A DNA stretch of 63,726 nucleotides, filler included, from Lenisia limosa (Eukaryota; Protista; Breviatea), in assembly GCA_001655205.1 (NCBI GenBank). It is 9 parts of 9 records of this genome, joined end to end, with 100 filler letters (N's around TTAATTAATTAA, not from the genome) between each part and the next. Parts side by side here need not be neighbours in the genome. Positions count along the whole stretch, not along the records: positions 62,573 to 63,726 come from LPNZ01003705.1; 8 more parts are not named here. One strand, written 5' to 3'. The translations under genes were made by a program, and so were the position numbers. Position 1 is the first letter of the stretch, and each line of letters starts with the position of its first letter. Positions 62,685 through 63,726 of the stretch are shown here, in pieces. Below the pieces are notes generated by a model that was given only the letters and a program-made list of their open reading frames with translations, was not told the origin of the DNA and made no database searches.

Positions 62685-63726
62685 CAGCCCAGAAGAGACT
62701 TGGAAAGGTTTGATGGCTCTTTCACTCAGGAAGTTGTTTTATCATTTCAAATTAAAGTGTCTGAAATGTATTTTTCGTTTCAGTAGAAATTCATTATTCA
62801 ATTAATTGCACCTTCCCCACTCCTATCACACTTTCAAGGTTATTATACCTCTATCTACGGCTTCACTTGGGTTTAGAAAAAGACCGAATTTCCCAATAAA
62901 TCCTGGAAAACTATCGATATTTTACCGGGCTTTTTCGGACGGAAGTGAAGCCCTACTTTTATCACAGGGCTTCACTTCAGTACGAAACAAGACCTGTAAA
63001 ATATCGATAGGGTTCGAGGATTTATCGAGAAATTCAGTCTTTTAATGAAACGAAGTGAAGCCCTTGTCATAATACTCCTATCACTCCTTGAGGTCCTTCC
63101 TATCACTCCTTTAGGTCCTATCACTCCTATCACTCCTTTAGGTTCACAATGAGGAGTCTGGAAAGCTTCAAGTTCTTTGTGCTACTATCCTTCCATTATC
63201 GCATAGATCTGGTGGGTAAAATGTGGCTACTTTTGGGTTGAATTTTGAACTCTTTTCAGGCCGAACCCTACCATTTACTACTCTAGGTGTGAATCTCAGA
63301 GGCTTGAACAACGATCTGTCTCCCCCAGGTTTGTTTTTTCTGTCTTTTTATAAGCATCATAAGTAGGGCTTTACTTCGGTTCGAAAATAACCGGGAAATT
63401 ATCGATAGTTTTCGAGGATTTATCGAGAAATTCAGTCTTTTTTCGAACCGAAGTGGAGCCCTAGTCACAAGTAGGGCTTCCGTATTGTCCCCTAAAGACT
63501 AGATCCTCGTCTTTTTCGGACCAAAAGGAAGCCCAAGTCATAAGCATCAAATTTATTTTCTTCTTCATAATCGTCACTATCAATTCAAAATGGATATCAT
63601 ACATACATGTAGTATTTCATATTTCTTCATCGACATTTCCTTTGCTTACCCCCCCCCCCAGACTTCATTCAAGACCAGTCAGTCTTCGAGACTCTTATTA
63701 ATGAGAGCAACGAACGTCTTGTTGAC
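62685..63726 (+). CDS. Hypothetical protein fragment running off the window end
   Basis: Exon-like blocks between MITE-filled introns; last exon DFIQDQSVFETLINESNERLVD after CCCCCCCCCAG. Confidence 0.38.
62856..63065. mobile_element. Two adjacent MITE-A copies in opposite orientation (62856-62955, 62965-63065)
   Basis: Both show the TIR pair; internal GAGAAATTCAGTC motif inverted between them. Confidence 0.88.
63364..63536. mobile_element. Two tandem MITE-A copies (63364-63463 and a shorter diverged copy from 63472)
   Basis: Three flanks ATCATAAG / GTCACAAG / GTCATAAG. Confidence 0.88.

Noticed and set aside
138-63468. Most ORFs in the supplied track, especially those spanning X runs
   Set aside because: They read through introns, N gaps or the antisense strand and are not real proteins as listed.
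1-63726. Autonomous transposase, reverse transcriptase, Fanzor/Cas, viral, rRNA or tRNA genes
   Set aside because: No supporting motifs seen by eye; fragments hidden by introns or gaps cannot be excluded without HMM searches.
1-63726. Non-standard genetic code
   Set aside because: TAA, TAG and TGA all terminate recognisable genes (NamZ, flavodoxin, MYCBP) and conserved exons read without in-frame stops.

Overview
This is eukaryotic nuclear DNA, not prokaryotic. It is gene-dense and very intron-rich (short GT-AG introns, standard code), so the six-frame ORF track is mostly uninformative and I rebuilt genes exon by exon by eye; boundaries are approximate. The window is a concatenation of about 9 assembly pieces joined by N-TTAATTAATTAA-N spacers, so adjacency across spacers is not biological. 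Recognisable genes: tepsin, a stand-alone flavodoxin with a mitochondrial-type presequence, LRRC71-like, an intron-containing secreted homologue of bacterial NamZ (DUF1343/GH171), NSE4, a PRKCSH-like protein, two ankyrin proteins, a WRN/EXD2-type exonuclease, PIG-K/GPI8, an RCC1-repeat fragment, a Y-family DNA polymerase, a multi-TM class III cyclase with a degenerate active site, NAP1, a histidine acid phosphatase, DNAI4/WDR78, MYCBP, TRAPPC1 and a UBE2T-like E2. The axonemal genes plus NamZ suggest a flagellated, probably bacterivorous protist (inference; species not identified). The non-coding part is the most unusual: (i) about 18 copies of a ~100-bp MITE with TAGGG termini and 8-bp TSDs (hAT-type), in both orientations; (ii) a ~160-nt hairpin-containing repeat with 12 copies, sense to the host gene wherever a host can be assigned; (iii) a ~110-nt repeat that forms or lies close to the 3' splice region of introns in six unrelated genes; (iv) a systematic G-run-after-donor / C-run-before-acceptor polarity. 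Items ii-iv and the NamZ gene are the best candidates for new biology.
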